From NCBI GenBank assembly GCA_951406725.2, contig OX597828.1:21328001-21392000 (forward strand): DNA of 64,000 bases, read 5' to 3'. The translations under genes were made by a program, and so were the position numbers. Numbering within the stretch: the stretch's first letter is position 1; the number at the start of each line of letters is the position of its first letter. Below, piece after piece: positions 13,330 through 28,384 of the stretch. The notes under the pieces are model-generated. The model had not been told where the DNA came from, did no database searches, and saw only the letters and a list, made by a program, of their open reading frames with translations. Source of the DNA: Octopus vulgaris (Eukaryota).

Positions 13330-14270
13330 AACAGCTAAACTGTTTAGTCTATCCCTTGGCAGACCGTAGATGAGTATGTTTTTTATTATTTTCATCTTGG
13401 TTAAGGGTTTAGAAGATAGGAAGATTGAAGTTTGTAAAACTAATTCTATTCTTTCTGCTAATGGAAATATCAAATTAGTGGCATTGGGGCATTGATTGAA
13501 AATCTCTATCATAGTAGTTAAATATTTGGGTACTTCTCAGTTGTACATAAACTACAAGTATATATATTTTTTTACATCTCGGTCTGGCTTAACCATTTTA
13601 GAGGATTTTCTACTTCACGTCATATATATTATCATACTGTTTTAGCAACAAAATATAGTTAGAAAGTTTAGTTATGAGCCACTTTTATAAGTTCCTAGCA
13701 AAAGAAATATAGCTGAAATATCTTTGCTTCAATTTGCGTTCCATGATATTGAAATAGTATTTATATATTGTATTTACTATGATATCTCATAGACGATTAA
13801 GAGGGTGTGCATTTGTATGCCTGTGCAGTTTACTTAAGTTGTTTTGCTGTAGCTTATTTTTTAGTTATTTCTATTTCTACTGAATACTTTTTTAAAGTTA
13901 TTTCTATTCAAAAATTTCTTGCAACGGTGATTAATGGGCATATGTTCATTTAGTAAGGGCTGGATATATTATGCTATATTAAATAAATTCAACATTTCAA
14001 GAAAAGGAAAACTGCACAAGATAATAAATACAGCGCTTCTTTTGATAGTGTACGCGTAGAGTTTTCAGGGATTTAAAAACCTTATCTTTGTTTCCGCTGA
14101 TTATTAGCGTTTTGTTGTGGCAGAGCGCCGTTAATTCAAAAATATATTTTTTGGACCATATCTCCGTGATTCTTATATTTATGTTAAGTTTTTGAAAACT
14201 AAAGGGCTATGTTAGGGATCTATATAAATCTGTATATGTTTTTCATTTTGTTTGTTATGGAATCAAAACG
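13330..14270 (-). pseudogene. Degenerate Penelope-like element (RT thumb, linker and GIY-YIG region)
   Basis: Minus-strand pieces PNIAL/HSPLVFKNL..RITEIWSKKYIFELTALCHNKTLIISG..MPINHRCKKFLNRNNFK..KLKQRYFSYISF follow the PLE order SNHPP..RIS..YN.AL..SG..H.L.K.FNRN..FK.R...H..SF. Confidence 0.6.
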
Positions 14271-14380
14271 CATTTGAATATTGCGGCGTTCAGGTTTATG
14301 TTGATTGGTATTTTGTGGTGGAAATTATTAAAGTTATATACATACACACGTACATATAAATACAAGCATGCATATATACA

Positions 14381-14466
<86 letters not shown>

Positions 14467-14693
14467 TATGCACCATTTACATAATATACAGGCATACATG
14501 TATATATACACATACATTCATGCATGCATACATACATACATACATACATACATACATACATACATACATACATGTATACACACACATTATTCTGTGTCTG
14601 TGTCTGAGTGGTTCACCTATTCACTTCTCTTTCTTTTAGTTTTTCCCTCTTTCTATGTAAATATATATAGACATTGCACACACACTCATATAC

Positions 14694-14738
<45 letters not shown>

Positions 14739-14751
14739 CATACACACACAA

Positions 14752-14782
<31 letters not shown>

Positions 14783-15213
14783 TACATATACATACATATA
14801 TATGTGTGTGCGTGCATATATATATAAATATAAACATATATTTATATATATACATACATACACGTCTACATACATGCAGACATACACACATACAAGCACA
14901 CACTCACACACTCATATATACATATATATATATATATACACATACACATAAATATTCATACATATATGTGTGTGTGTATGTATTGAGAAAGAGAGAGGAA
15001 GTGGAAAACGAAAGTGACAGAGTGCAGTGCGCACGTGCACCTTTGCATATTCATACGTGCATATATTACCGCACCATATATAGATATTTTGATAAACAAG
15101 AATTAACATAAGAATTTTAAAATGTATAACAATTAAACGCAAATATGCAAACGCTCACATATACACACATACACTCACACACACTAGCACTTAAACATAC
15201 ATTTATAAATCGT

Positions 15214-15900
15214 CGTGGTACTCCGTCGGTTACGACGACGAGCGTTCCAGTTGATCCGATCAACGGAACAGCCTGCTCGTGAAATTAACGTGCAACTGGC
15301 TGAGCACTCCACAGACACGTGTACCTTTAATGTAGTTCTCGGGGTGATTCAGCGTAACACAGGGGGGTGGGGACAAGGCTGGCCCTTCGAAATACAGGTA
15401 CAACAGAATCAGGAAGAAAGAGTGAGAGAAAGTTGTGGTGAAAGAGTACAGCAGGATTCGCCACCAACCCCTGCCGGAGCCTCGTAGGGCCTTAGGCATT
15501 TTCGCTCAATAAACTCTCACAACGTCCGGTCTGGGAATTGAAACCGTGATCCCATAACCGCGAGACCTCTAAACACTCACAACGTCCGGTCTGGGAATCG
15601 AAACCGTGATCCCATAACCGCGAGACCTCTAAACACTCACAACGTCCGGTCTGGGAATCGAAAACGTGATTCCATAACCGCGAGACCTCTAAACACTCAC
15701 AACGTCCGGTCTGGGAATCGAAACCGTGATCCCATAACCGCGAGACCTCTAAACACTCACAACGTCCGCTCTGGGAATCGAAACCGTGATCCCATAAACG
15801 CGAGACCTCTAAACACTCAGAACGTCCGGTCTGGGAATCGAAACCGTGATCCCATAACCGCGAGACCTCTGCCCTAATCACTAGGCCATTGCGCCTCCAC
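15214..15900 (-). mobile_element. SINE family 2 with internal 60-bp tandem amplification
   Basis: Head GTGGAGGCGCAATGGCCTAGTG at 15900; tail matches 42540-42620. Confidence 0.9.
15511..15870. repeat. Six 60-bp tandem units containing the SINE B box
   Basis: AAACACTCACAACGTCCGGTCTGGGAATCGAAACCGTGATCCCATAACCGCGAGACCTCT x6, 0-2 differences per unit. Confidence 0.97.
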
Positions 15901-16314
15901 GCATTCATAAATATAAAAGATGTCTAATTTCGTTTTGTAGAGTGAGACTAACTAAATTATTCTATACTCTGTGTGTGTATAAGTATGTATATGGATATGT
16001 CTATCCTCCTTTCTATGCTTATGTATGCATGAGTATAAATATGCATGTGTATAAACAGAGATGTATATATGCGTATGTGTGTGTTTATGTATGTATGTAT
16101 GATTACACACTGATATACCTATAAACAATATGCAAATGGAACGGGACATTTATAATATGCAAATATCCTTTCTCGGAATTTCATACTGATAAATATAAAT
16201 ACGCAACTATACAGCATGCATGCGCGCGCGCTCATGCACACATACCGCGCGCGCACACAAACAAGCATATACAGACATGCATGCTTACGTGTGTGAAAAA
16301 ATATATACATACAT

Positions 16315-16370
<56 letters not shown>

Positions 16371-16550
16371 GTATGTATGTATATATTTAATCAATTTAAA
16401 AAATTATAAAAAATAAAAAAATTAAAAAAACAGGGTAAATGTTTTTTTAATTTTTCCTTAGATTTCGGAATTACTACTATTTGCGGTTGGATCCCTGGCT
16501 GCTATTTCTAGTGGGTCGAACGGCCTATTGTAGCCGTTCCTCAATTGTTG

Positions 16551-16606
<56 letters not shown>

Positions 16607-16625
16607 GTTTATACACAGACATACA

Positions 16626-16890
16626 CGGTTCTTCGTCTCTTACGACGACGATGGTTCCATTTGATCAGGTCAACGGAACAGCCTTCTCGTGAAATTAATA
16701 TGCGAGTGGCTGAAAACTCCACAGAAATGCGTACCCTTAACGTAGATTCATCGCAACAGAGAATGTGACAAGAATGTGCCCCCCTTTCAATTACAGCCAC
16801 AACTCATTTTTGCCAGGGAATTGGGGTAACGCGGGAAATAAAGTGTCTTACTCAAGGTTACAACGCGCCGTCGGGAATCGAACTCATGAC
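16626..16890 (-). mobile_element. SINE with a family-2-type tail and CORE-like middle (a related copy lies at 23025-23247)
   Basis: Tail TTACGACGACGA..GATCAGGTCAACGGAACAGCC; AATAAAGTGTCTT.CTCAAGG shared with 23160-23180. Confidence 0.7.
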
Positions 16891-17200
16891 CTCACAAAAG
16901 CGTCTTCCTTGTTCCAGCTACAATGGAGAGAAAAAAAGAAGGAAAGATGGCCGATGGTCATGTAGGTGCCACGTGAGCAAGGGAGGACGAGAGGAAGAGA
17001 GAGAGTGACTGAGTAATAGAACAGAGGAGAAGCGGAGGTAAATTAATAAGAGCGAGAAAAAGAGTGCGCATCAGAATTATCAAGATAAAACCTCGTTTAG
17101 GCCCTTCCTGTATGTTCGAAAGAATAGTTCATGTTCCATGTACTCGTGCTTCGAACGTTTGTGTTGTACATGCCTGGTGACATCCTGTGCCCACATATGC

Positions 17201-17244
<44 letters not shown>

Positions 17245-17277
17245 GTACAGATGTATGTACATATACGTATGTATATA

Positions 17278-17328
<51 letters not shown>

Positions 17329-17478
17329 TATATGTATGTATACTTATGCGTGTATACGTGTGTGTGTGTGCGTGCGTGCGTGTATGCACACATATATATA
17401 TGATTATGCATTATGTATCTATGTATTTATCTATCTGTCTATCTATCTGTCTATCTATCAATCTGTCAGCCTGCATGC

Positions 17479-17510
<32 letters not shown>

Positions 17511-17565
17511 TTGTTTGTCTGTCTGTTTATCTGTCTGTCTATTTATCTATCTATTTATCTGTCTA

Positions 17566-17598
<33 letters not shown>

Positions 17599-17699
17599 GT
17601 TACATTAGCGGAAGCTCAGAAAAAATTTTGAAGAGGTTTGAATTTATATACACACACACATATATGTATAACTCTCCTAAACACTCAAATAATGACAAT

Positions 17700-17756
<57 letters not shown>

Positions 17757-18278
17757 TACACGCATAAAATTACCCCCAACCCAAACAAGCCATAATATAA
17801 TAACAGCAACGCAATAATATCACACGATGCAACACGGAGAAGAAGATGAAGAAACACATAATATTTGAGATATTGTAAATCTTCCATTAACCAAAATATC
17901 TAGCTAAATCTTTAATGCTTTCACTAACTTGCATTATATAATGAAAATTTTATGTACGTTGGTTTTATTTAAGCCTATAGCACAGCATCAAAAATACCAG
18001 ATTTCCTATATGCCAACCATGCTAAACCTAGCACTCCGTTTTCCTTACCTTCGTCGCCGTATTATTTATATTTCTAAATATGGAATCACTTTTAACTATT
18101 TACACCAAACAATCCCTATTCTTGAGTTCTTAAAACATTTTTATGCTTTGTTTTATAGAATTCACAGTCAAGTCTCTGATAGAGTACCGCATTCAGAAAT
18201 CTAAAATATTGCTAAAGATTTCTTTTTCTCATTGTTTTCCCTTTTCATTTCGTTTATTCTTACGTGTGTTTCTCTAGA

Positions 18279-18370
<92 letters not shown>

Positions 18371-18604
18371 GTCTTCGATTTTATTTTCGTCCTGCGCCCT
18401 CCAACCAATTTTCCATCATGCACCACTTTTACAGATACACAAACTCATACATGCACATGCACACACAAACACACATACATACACGTATATATGTACATAC
18501 ACACATGACACACTCATATGTATATGTACGCATATATAAATATTTCATATATAATACATGTATGTCTATATATATATGCATATGTAACATCCATTTTCTA
18601 TCTG

Positions 18605-18673
<69 letters not shown>

Positions 18674-20041
18674 TTATCTATTTATTTCTTTGTTTGTCTG
18701 TGTGTCTATTCATGTAATGCAAATATAAGCATGCGTACATCTGTAGAAATAAAGCCATACACATACACGCATATATATTAAAGACGATACAAGCGTATAA
18801 GTATACATGTATACTCACACATACGCATGATTGCGTATATCTTCAAGTACATTTACACACACACACACATACACACACACTGGTTTAATTTTGTTGCTAC
18901 CACTGTTCGTAATAGCAGTTTCGGAATCTGTTGTGGTCATATTCGTTGTAGTCGTCGTAGTAGTTATCATTGCTCTTACTTTCAGCTCTTTACTGGATTT
19001 GCTAAACTTAGAATAAAATAAATCTACCAACTAGAGAAACAAAACAAAACAACCCAACCAACTTTACGTTATGAAAATCTCACGGCTTAGTTTTGCCAGG
19101 CGCCAAAGCGTGTTGTTGCATTTTGCTTAAACAAGCAGACGATAGATATAGCTTCATGGCGCTAGAATATAACTAAACATAACGGATTGTCATGTCGCCC
19201 ATTATAGTTATCAAATCACCAAATCCTATGTGAATAACACTATGGATATGATATCGTGCCTTAAATACAATCTCCTGGCTACTTCCATATAAGAATACAT
19301 CAATACTACCACGATAACCTAAGACCGAACTTTTAAGTTGGTCTTGAAGCCACCATTCAACATTCGCCATTACGCCGCTGTCCATTCACTATTCATTACT
19401 CACCACTCACCACTCAGCATTGTTTGAATATTGTTTTATATTTGCTTATGTTTTTATTGGTTTTCTTAATTGTGATTGTTTGACATTATCGAAGTATCGA
19501 AAAATTAATATTGTCATTAGTTAGCATCGGAGAAATGGCGAGCATTGCAAAAACGTACATACATACATACGTACATACATGCATAGATACATACATACAT
19601 ACATACATACATACATACATACATACATACATACATACATACATACATACATGCATAGATACATACATACATACATACATGCATACATACATACAAACAT
19701 ACATACATACATACATACATACATACATGCACACATACATACATACATACGTACATACATGCACACATACATACATACATACGTACATACATGCGTAGAT
19801 ACATGCATACATACATACATACATACATACATGCATACATATATGTGTGTGTGTGTATGTGTATGTATGCGCACGTAATTATATACATATGATTATGCGT
19901 TCACACAAACACAAAAATAAATATGCATATATTTGCATATATACATTCATATAGATTTATGGTTTTATATAGGTGTTTATGTGTGAATATATGTTTGTGT
20001 TTGCGCCATTGGTTAGTTGGATGTATAGACGTACAGATATA

Positions 20042-20079
<38 letters not shown>

Positions 20080-20219
20080 ATATCTATCTATCTATCTATC
20101 TATCTATCATCATCATATATGTGTATATATATATACATACACACATTACGTATAATATATATATGCATATATATATTTATACATATATATATGTATGTAT
20201 ACATGTATATACATACATA

Positions 20220-20251
<32 letters not shown>

Positions 20252-20779
20252 CCAGGTGGTGCTATTAAGTTAGACATGGCCTGGGCCAATAATGGCCGAA
20301 ACCTATCAAAGTATATATATACATATATATATATGTATGTATCCATGTATATACATATATATATATACATATATATATGATACATATGATATATATATGA
20401 TATATATATAAATATAAATATATTTTTATATATATTTATTTATATATAAATATATATATTTATATATATATATATAAATATATGAACACTCTCATAGGTA
20501 TGTATGTGTATGTGTGTGATATTATACATTCGACTTTCATACGTGCGTGTGTATACGAGGAGATAATTTTAAATAATATCGCAACATCGGAAACTTGGGT
20601 GACTATCATAAACTAAATACGTAATGCCACTAATAGACGACTATTCATCAAATATTTACTCCACCACACACACATACACACACACACACACACACTCACA
20701 CACACACACACACACACATACATGTATGATTGTATGCTTACGGGTGTGCATGTGTGAATACGTGTATACATATATAAAT

Positions 20780-20815
<36 letters not shown>

Positions 20816-21258
20816 TTGTATGTGTCCGTGCGTTTATTTTGTGACTTAATACATTAAATCCTACACATGGGTTCACATAGATTATCCAACCGGATATCTA
20901 GGTTTTTAAACGGACAGGAAGTGGACAGAGCATGGATTTAATGCATTACATAAACATGCATTCACGCGCAGACTCTCTCCCCACCTCTCTCTCTCTCACA
21001 CAGACACCCATAGTCACACACATCTAGTCGCGAATATATAAATTTTACAGTCACCACGCTTTGATGCGAAAAATGTATATTGAACATTTACTCCTTATTG
21101 CACGTGGAATCAAACAATAAATGAATACGTACTGAGAGATATACGTGTACATCCAGGAACACTCACAGGCGCCAGCATACATGCAGACGCACCTATAGAA
21201 GCACGCGGATATAATGACTGACCAGGCAAAAGTGAATGATACATATACATGTATGTGA

Positions 21259-21290
<32 letters not shown>

Positions 21291-21315
21291 GTGTCTGTGT
21301 ATGTGTGTCTCAGTT

Positions 21316-21358
<43 letters not shown>

Positions 21359-21446
21359 ATACACATTTACATGTATATATATATATATATACTTATATAT
21401 GTATATACAGCTTCATATGTATATATGTATCTATATATGTGTGTGT

Positions 21447-21474
21447 GTATGTAAATATCTATGCGTCTGAATAC

Positions 21475-21521
<47 letters not shown>

Positions 21522-21549
21522 GTATTCAGACGCATAGATATTTACATAC
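21447..21549. repeat. Palindrome centred on (TA)n
   Basis: GTATGTAAATATCTATGCGTCTGAATACATT-(TA)n-AATGTATTCAGACGCATAGATATTTACATAC. Confidence 0.9.
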
Positions 21550-21610
21550 ACATTTATATGTAGATATATATTTGCTTATATATGTATATACATCTGTATA
21601 CATATATATG

Positions 21611-21768
<158 letters not shown>

Positions 21769-21843
21769 AATGTATATAGACGCATAGATATTTACATGCA
21801 CATCTATATGTAGACATATATTTGCTTATACTTGTATATACAT

Positions 21844-21879
<36 letters not shown>

Positions 21880-22565
21880 TAACACGCACACACATATACA
21901 CATACTGATGCATATATGTTGACAGATAGTGGATGCAGTGTGAAAGCGAGAATGAAGGAGATCTGACCGAGAAAGTAGATGAGAAAGAATGGGCGAATTA
22001 GTGGCCAATAGACAAAACTGAGAGAGCGAGAGAGAAAGAGAGAGAGAGAGAGAGTGTGTATGAACGAGAAGAGATTAAAAGGAGATAAAGAATCCATTGT
22101 AAAAGCGATTGAGATATTTGTGTTTAGATGGCTACGAAAGATTCTCATGGATTCACTGAGATTTGGCAAATCTTTTAACCCAAAGTAAAGTAAAGTCTGC
22201 CTGTTTAACTAAATACCAGTTTATCTGCTGTAGTGCACAGATCAGGAAAGCCATTATATTGATAAACACTTGTATTTATGATATTGTATGAGTAGTCACA
22301 GATATGGTTTTCTTGGTTAAGTAATTTGATTCTCATAGACGATGCGGTTCCAGGTTCGATCCTGTTTTGCAGCATACTGGGCAAATGTTTTCTGCTGTAT
22401 GTTTTCTTCTTGTGTTTATCAACAATGCCCTGTGAATGTCTGTCTGTCTATCTATCTATTAGCGTATATACATGTACAAATACGTACATACATACATACA
22501 TACATACATACAAACATACATACAAACATACATACATACATACATGTATATAAATACATGACTTC

Positions 22566-23017
22566 GCCATGATAGATCGCTATTTATTTTCTCTCCTTGT
22601 TTCTTTCTGTTTTCCTTTCCGTGGAAGTGCGTAGGCTCGAAACGTTAAAGACTTTTTCACTTCCCGGGCGTTATACTTAATACATCTGTTTGTTGTCTAC
22701 ACCACCTGTCTTCGTCTTTTGTTTTTTTTTTGTGAATTCTCACCCTGTATATATTTATATATACATATGTACATAGATACATATATATATACAAATAATT
22801 GTATTTATGTTATATTTGTATGTATTGGCCGCTAAATCCACAATTTAAAAAATTCTCTCTCTGTTTTTTATTCTCTCTCTGTTCATTTCATCATGTTCCT
22901 TTCTGCTGAAGAGCGTAGGCTCGAAACGTAAAAGACTTTCTCATCTTCCCGATCGTCAAAATAATGCACCTGCTTATTGTTTATACATCTGTCTTCGTCT
23001 TTTGTTTTTCTGTGAAT
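22566..23017 (+). mobile_element. Two adjacent diverged copies of hammerhead-like family H1
   Basis: CCGTGGAA-GTGC-GTAG-GCTC-GAAACGTT-AAAGAC (22619-22652) and CTGCTGAA-GAGC-GTAG-GCTC-GAAACGTA-AAAGAC (22903-22936); shared tail CTGTCTTCGTCTTTTG. Confidence 0.7.
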
Positions 23018-23244
23018 GTATGTAAGTACTCCACAGACATGCATACTCTTAACGTATCTCTCAGAGAGATTCTGTTTGACAGAGAATGTGACAAGGCTGA
23101 CCCTTTGAATTACAGATGCTACTCAGTTTTGCCGGCTGAATCGACTGGTGCAACGTAAAATAAAGTGTCTTGCTCAAGGAAACAACGCGTCGAACTTACA
23201 ACCTTAAGATCGTGAGCCGATGACCCTAACCATTAAGCCACGTG

Positions 23245-23291
<47 letters not shown>

Positions 23292-23360
23292 GCATATACA
23301 TACATATATATATATACATACATATATATATACACACATACATATATACACATACACACG

Positions 23361-23398
<38 letters not shown>

Positions 23399-23540
23399 CA
23401 CAAATATATATATGTATACACACACACACAAATACAATGTATGTCTATACACATACATACATACACACATACATAGATATATAGATACATAGATACATAG
23501 ATACATACATATATGTATATATATATATATATACATATAT

Positions 23541-24050
23541 AGACAAGCACTTTCCTCTCTGTCAATCTCTCATCATCTTCTTCAAGTATCACTTGAAGAG
23601 GAAGGTGAGAGTAGAGAGGGAAGTTTTGTCAAGTGAATGTATCAAATAAAGATGGGTGAACGTAGCAGGGATGGCAAGTATGAATGACGGAGCCACCTTG
23701 AGCATAATCCTATGAACTAGATAAAGATTGGAAAAAAGAGACTCATTTACTGTAATGTGTTTTTTGCATGACATTGCCCGAGGTTACTGTGGTCTTTTCT
23801 GTAGGCTTTTCTTTCCACGGATAAACCTAATCTGTTTCCCATTTTACACTATGACATTTCTGTGACACACGATCCCTATTGCTCGGCTACCCCCTTTTAT
23901 CTTTTTTTTCTTTTTTTCTTTTTTTTCACGATCCCTTTTTAGATCGAAATTCTACCCTCCACCTCCTTTTTTTCTTTACTTCCCAAAAAGAAAAGCTCTA
24001 CTTTGTATTTCATCCCCACTGTATTCAGCCCTGTGTGGCCAATAAAGTAA
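23541..24050 (+). mobile_element. 5'-truncated copy of the Tx1-like LINE (ORF end and 3' UTR)
   Basis: Aligns with 33610-34235; both end CAGCCCTGTGTGGCCAATAAAG followed by (TATC)n. Confidence 0.9.
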
Positions 24051-24066
24051 CATATATATCTATCTA

Positions 24067-24199
<133 letters not shown>

Positions 24200-24279
24200 G
24201 TAATGATATATATTAAGCATATATTGAGCATATATTTAACAGAATACCATAGTATTATTGTAACATTTAATGACATAAT

Positions 24280-25130
24280 GAATTATTTAGCCACATGAGC
24301 GCCATTTCGAAGGATATCTTCAAAAACCCTATTAGTATGGAATCTATCAGATTCGATAGTCGCTTATAAGACATCTTTCGACGTAAATTGGCATCCATCG
24401 GCATAAATATCTTGTTTAATGATGGACCAAAGATTTTTGATAGGGTTGATGCCATATTACCCTAGTAATATTTGGGTGGTCCCAGCAGAGTGGGAAGGAG
24501 CGTTGTCATGCATGAATACGATATTCCTTAGAAGTGACAGCAGTATGTCATCTAGCCAGGGAACCAAGACCTCCTTCAAGAGATTGCAGTTGGCGGCTGC
24601 TGTCACTTTAACTCCTTCAGGCACTCTGACTGGTCCAACAAGTCAGTCCCCAGTAATACCAGCCCACAATGTGACTCCTCCATCCTGTTGCTAACGTTGT
24701 GAACGTTGGTAACGCTCATCTCCAAAGTAGACCCAACCGTCAGGCTCGTCAAGGGTCACCCTGGTTTCGTCAGTAAACAAAACATAACTCATGTCTAACG
24801 TCAAGTACTTTGGACCCGTTGAAGTCTCAAACTCCTGTGACACTTAAAGGAGACACTTTTAGTTCTCGCACGGAAGCCATGGTCCTGAGGATGCAATTTC
24901 TGGTGGTTTTCGATACACGAGGAAGTCCTGAGTCGGTGAAAATGGCTTTGCTTGTTTGTTCAGGTTTTCAACGTAACTTGCGGCCAATATTCCTTAAATC
25001 CTTGGCTGTCACAGCCTTGACGTTACACAGAATAATGAAAACATAACAATGGTGTTGCCATGGTGTGCAAACCAGCTAGGAAAATTTTTGCCAAAATCGA
25101 TTCTCAGAAAAGCGAGAAATCCTAATTTTC
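24280..25130 (-). pseudogene. Tc1-family transposase relic
   Basis: Minus strand: VLFTDETRVTLDEPDGW..GGVTLWAGI..LVGPVRVPEGVKV..FMHDNAPSHSA..NPIKNLWSIIKQDIY (DD34E motifs), with stops and frameshifts. Confidence 0.85.
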
Positions 25131-25157
25131 ACCCCTAAGCTATTAGCGTGGCTTTGG

Positions 25158-25203
<46 letters not shown>

Positions 25204-25206
<3 letters not shown>

Positions 25207-25365
25207 ACGGTTTCTTCCAGTTTCTGCCTACCAAATTCATTCACAAGGCTTTGGTCGACTCAAGAAGGCACTGTAGAAGGCACTTGCGCAAGGTGCCACA
25301 TGGTGGGACTGAAACCGGAACCATGTGGTTGGGAAGCTAGCTTTTTACGACAGAGTCACGCCTGT
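25204..25365 (-). mobile_element. SINE family 3, 5' half
   Basis: Matches 44788-44950 in reverse. Confidence 0.8.
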
Positions 25366-25423
25366 AATAATTACATTTTATTTTATGAACTTTATTGTGT
25401 TATCTTCTGCACCTGATCGCCAT

Positions 25424-25486
25424 GTCTGTGGAAAAAGTCTCCTGCATAAAACCAATCTTTGGTGCCAAATTTGTTAGGAACCGCTG
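25424..25486. mobile_element. Possible hAT (Charlie/MER1-like) terminal remnant
   Basis: GTCTGTGGAAAAAGTCTCCTGCATAAAACCAATCTTTGGTGCCAAATTTGTTAGGAACCGCTG resembles Charlie-type ends; recognised from memory. Confidence 0.4.
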
Positions 25487-25900
25487 CCTTACAGCCAACC
25501 TTGACTCCTAATAGCCTTAATTGCCATCTCTTCTCCCTATAATCCTACAAAATGCTTCTGGTACTTGGCGCGATTCCATTTAAAGTCTTGATTTCACCCT
25601 TCGCGATGTATATACGTGTGTTACAGAGCATATAGTTATAGTAAGCAGCTATGTAAAGTCTTCGAAGATTTTACCAAAGATGAATTCCATGTCAGTATAT
25701 GCACTAATTTAATCATGTTTTACATCCGTTTGACGAATTCACTTCGACGAAACATGCAATATTTCGTCAGGAATTATTAAATCTAATCAATACATGCATT
25801 CATATATGACTATGTATGCTTGTATGCATCTATGCATGTATGGACGGATGAATGTAAGTATACATATATACATGTATGAATATATGTGAATACATGCATA

Positions 25901-26015
<115 letters not shown>

Positions 26016-26052
26016 GTCCGTCCGCCCGTCCGTCTGTCCTTCTGTTTGTCTT

Positions 26053-26135
<83 letters not shown>

Positions 26136-27093
26136 GTCTGTCAGTCTGTCTGTCTATGTGTCTGTCAGTCTGTTTGTCTATCTGTCCGTCCGTCCGTCTG
26201 TCTGTCTGTCCGTCTGTCTATCTATCTGTCTGTCTGTCTATCTAATGACAGATGCTTAGAATAGAAAAGAAGACTGATGAGTGCTTTATATATGTTTCTG
26301 TGTGTCTGTGTGTGTGCGTGTGCATGAGGGAGACAGAGAGAGACAGACAGACAGAAGGAAAGATGGAGGGAAAGAGAGGGAGAAAGAGGAAAGGAATGAG
26401 AGAGGGAGAACAGACAGAGGGGAGGCAAGATAGTGGAAGATAGGGAGATAGAAAGAGGTGGTGTGTCTTTAGTAGAGAGATGGAACTAGAGAGAGAGAGT
26501 GAGAGAGAGAGAGAGTGAGAGAGATACTGAGAGATAGAGATAAATTGATAGACAGATAAAGAGAGAGGTAGACGGAGAGAGAGAGAGAAAGAAAGAGTGA
26601 GAGAGAGAGGGATACTGAGAGATAGAGTTAATTGATGGACAGATAAAGAGAGAGAGGTAGACAGAGAGTGAGAGAAAGAGGGAGAGGGAGAGAGAGGGAG
26701 AAGAAGGCAGAGGATGAGAGATAGGGGACTGGCGGGGTTATTATCAGGAACATGGAATCAGAGATGAACACACCGATAGATGAGACACAAGCTAAATAGA
26801 TAGACAAATAGAGATAGAGAGAGGAGGGAAGCGAGAGAGAGAGAGGGAGAGAGGGGTGGAGGGCAGTGAGTAAGAGATAATCGGATTTAGAAAGCAGTTT
26901 TAGAAAATATGGCAGTAAATCTTTGAATGTTTCAGCTTGGTTTAACAGATTTGACAAAGTTTAGTTCGCAAAAATTGAAAAAAAAAAAGAAAAAAATTCA
27001 TGCACACATACATACATACATACATACATACATACATACATACATACATACATACACACACACATACATACATACATACATACATACATACAT

Positions 27094-27124
<31 letters not shown>

Positions 27125-27222
27125 TACATACATACATAGATGCATACATGCATACATTGCACACATACATACATTCACGCGTGCATACATACATACATCC
27201 ATATGTGTGTGTGTACGTGTGT

Positions 27223-27258
<36 letters not shown>

Positions 27259-27387
27259 ATACTTGCATGCATGTAGATTTACATAATTTATATGTACTTG
27301 CATATATGAAGATTTATATAACATAAATACAGAAATACCTACATATATACACTATTACATTTATATTTATATACATAAACATAGATA

Positions 27388-27429
<42 letters not shown>

Positions 27430-27432
<3 letters not shown>

Positions 27433-27648
27433 TGGACATAAAGAGGTGTTAGTGATCGGCAGTCAGGCCAAGAAAGAAAGATCATGCCTAGTTGAATACC
27501 GGTCATGTGAAAGGAGAGAGAGGTGGGGCCAGCGGGATTGAAGGAATAGAAAAAAATCGAAGAGATAAACGGAAATAATATATATATGTGTGTGTATTTA
27601 TTAATATATATATATATATATATATAATAAATACATACACATATATAT

Positions 27649-27697
<49 letters not shown>

Positions 27698-27856
27698 TAT
27701 ATATTAAATATATATATATTATTTCCGTTTGTCGCTTCGATTTTTTTCTAATCCTTCAATCCCGCTGCCCCCATCTCTTTTCTCCTTTCACAGCCAGCCA
27801 TGATCTTTCTTTCTTGGCCTGACTGCCGATCACTAACACCTCTTTATGTCCATCTG
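27430..27856. repeat. ~140-150-bp inverted duplication around a (TA)-rich spacer
   Basis: AGATGGACATAAAGAGGTGTTAGTGATCGGCAGTCAGGCCAAGAAAGAAAGATCATG..AAACGGAAATAA is reverse-complemented at 27718-27856. Confidence 0.9.
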
Positions 27857-28295
27857 ATATGTTCCTGCTTTTATGCTTTCACTTCATCATACAACCCAGC
27901 TCAACGATTCATTCTCAGTCGAAAGACACCTGTTGTTATACTCTTATTGTTTGTATTTGTAATTGTGTACCATGTTCTCCGTTTTTTGTCTTTGCTGCTG
28001 TACATATTCGCCAGCTTGTTTTACAAAAAATCCAATGCTCTTAGATTAGAGGATTTTTTTTGGGGGGGGGGGGGGCAACCAGATCGAAATATCTCAAGTC
28101 TAACTGCCCAAAACAGTAAGGACTTCTGGTAACTTGACTGAGGAAAGAGGGCCACGAATGACTCGTCTATTTTGCTTTTCCTGATAGTTGTTGTTTCTCT
28201 TGTCCGCATTCGTATCGTCTATCTTTCCAAATGTTTTATAGTGCTCTCTCTCTCTCTCTCTCCCTTTATATATATACATACATATACACACACAC

Positions 28296-28384
<89 letters not shown>

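Noticed and set aside
15511-15870. Regular 60-bp array resembling CRISPR
   Set aside because: There are no unique spacers and no cas genes; the unit is part of a SINE head in eukaryotic DNA.
19173-19385. 70-aa non-repetitive ORF
   Set aside because: No recognisable domain or gene context; this length is expected by chance.
20251-20311. 60-bp island in (TA)n resembling a Tc1/mariner end
   Set aside because: No matching inverted partner was found.
25729-25772. TTGACGA..GAAACATG hammerhead-like string
   Set aside because: No stem II, stem I or NUH triplet; only a small hairpin. Lone CTGATGA hits near 26274, 30195, 30844 and 63966 likewise lack a GAAA partner.
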